Shown: one piece after another, positions 63,301 through 64,000 of the stretch | Numbering within the stretch: position 1 is the stretch's first letter | Layout of the letters: the number at the start of each line of letters is the position of its first letter | Assembly: GCA_002441245.1 (NCBI GenBank) | Contig: DJVP01000011.1 | Location: forward strand, 129,722-193,721 | Direction of reading: 5' to 3' | DNA from: Candidatus Omnitrophica bacterium UBA6253 | GTDB taxonomy: Bacteria > Omnitrophota > Gorgyraeia > Gygaellales > Profunditerraquicolaceae | DNA: 64,000 nucleotides | Position numbers and translations under genes: made by a program | Notes under the pieces: model-generated | What the model was told of the DNA's origin: nothing | The model's database searches: none | Seen by the model: only the letters and a program-made list of their open reading frames with translations

Positions 63301-64000
63301 CTGTACTTGATGCAGGAGAGGTTAAGAAGGGCGTGGTTTTTGTGCGTTGGGACCCGTATACTTTACCGGTGCTTACTGAAGTTGCAGGTATAGTGCGTTT
63401 TGAAGACCTGCGTGAAAATATTACTATGCGTGATGAAGTTAACCCGGTTACAAAGTTAACCGAGCGCGTAGTTGTTGAACATAAACCCGAGTATCATCCA
63501 CAGGTGGTTATAATTGATGATAAAAAAGAGGTTTTGGGTATTTATCCTATTCCTATCGGCGCGCATATTATTGTTAAGGATGGCGAGCGGGTAGGGGGTG
63601 GGGACCTTTTAGCTAAAATTCCGCGTACAGTAGTTAAAACCCGTGATATTACCGGAGGCCTTCCGCGCGTGGCAGAGCTTTTTGAGGCCAGACGTCCTAA
63701 GGACCCGGCGGTAATCAGCGAAATAGACGGATTTGTGGAATTTGGCGAAACCAAGAAAAGCCAGCGAGTAATTATTGTTAAATCTGTTACCGGTATGTCC
63801 CGCGAGTATATTATTCCCCACGGCAAACATCCGAATGTGTACAAGGGTGATAAAGTTTCTGCCGGCCAGCAGCTTACTGATGGCCCGGTAGTTCTGCAGG
63901 ATATCTTGAGTGTTTGCGGTGACAAAGTCTTGCAGGAGTACCTGGTCAATGAGGTTCAGGAAGTATATCGTCTGCAGGGTGTGCGTATTAATGATAAGCA
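60376..64000 (+). CDS. rpoC: DNA-directed RNA polymerase subunit beta' (partial, runs past window end)
   Basis: The ATG at 60376 directly follows the rpoB stop. Zinc-finger CNCGKYKG...[15 protein letters not shown] catalytic motif and trigger loop are present. No stop codon before the window end. Confidence 0.95.

Overview
This 64 kb window is a gene-dense chromosomal block from an AT-rich bacterium. About 64 genes lie on the + strand; the only minus-strand gene is a GAF-GGDEF diguanylate cyclase. I see no transposase, integrase or CRISPR array.

Content in order:
- 1-11 kb: an LPS-core/heptose-type glycan cluster. It has an O-antigen-ligase-like fragment, two GT2 and two GT9 heptosyltransferases, a NodU/CmcH carbamoyltransferase with SxtJ-like and SxtK/DUF5989-like small partners, a SAM methyltransferase, ManC, a DegT aminotransferase, GmhB and an MGDG-synthase/GT28 enzyme.
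- 11-16 kb: priA with degenerate ATPase motifs, fmt, an aromatic amino-acid permease and MscS.
- 16-21.8 kb: two tandem GalT-like HIT-family transferases followed by gap-pgk-tpiA-secG.
- 21.9-28.8 kb: an MFS transporter, MarC, glgC, a short-form ArgA-like GNAT, acyl-CoA dehydrogenase and etfB/etfA, where EtfA carries an N-terminal ferredoxin domain.
- 29.1-32.6 kb: a small HTH gene and smc.
- 32.6-35.1 kb: the GGDEF gene diverging from two secreted-protein genes that share a 61-nt identical 5' coding cassette. One of the two has a tail-fibre intramolecular-chaperone domain.
- 35.2-39.5 kb: recA-recX and alaS.
- 39.5-45.9 kb: hisD-hisB-hisH-hisA-(PG-binding lipoprotein)-hisF-hisI-(TrpE/PabB-like).
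- 45.9-53.3 kb: rpsP, yajC-secDF, an N- and C-terminally shortened mfd, a SurA-like PPIase, pdxA and rsmA.
- 53.5-64 kb: tRNA-Thr, rpmG, tRNA-Trp, secE-nusG-rplKAJL-rpoB and partial rpoC.

The most striking non-coding signal is a ~50-bp bipartite motif, TATTTGTTTTGTAAC-N19-TAC(A/G)TAnAnTGTCTAC. It occurs six times upstream of + strand genes, five times with an invariant 19-nt spacer. Several perfect sigma70 consensus promoters (TTGACA-N17-TATAAT) and strong intrinsic terminators are also readable, and there is evidence for leaderless starts with TATAAT 8 nt before the ATG.
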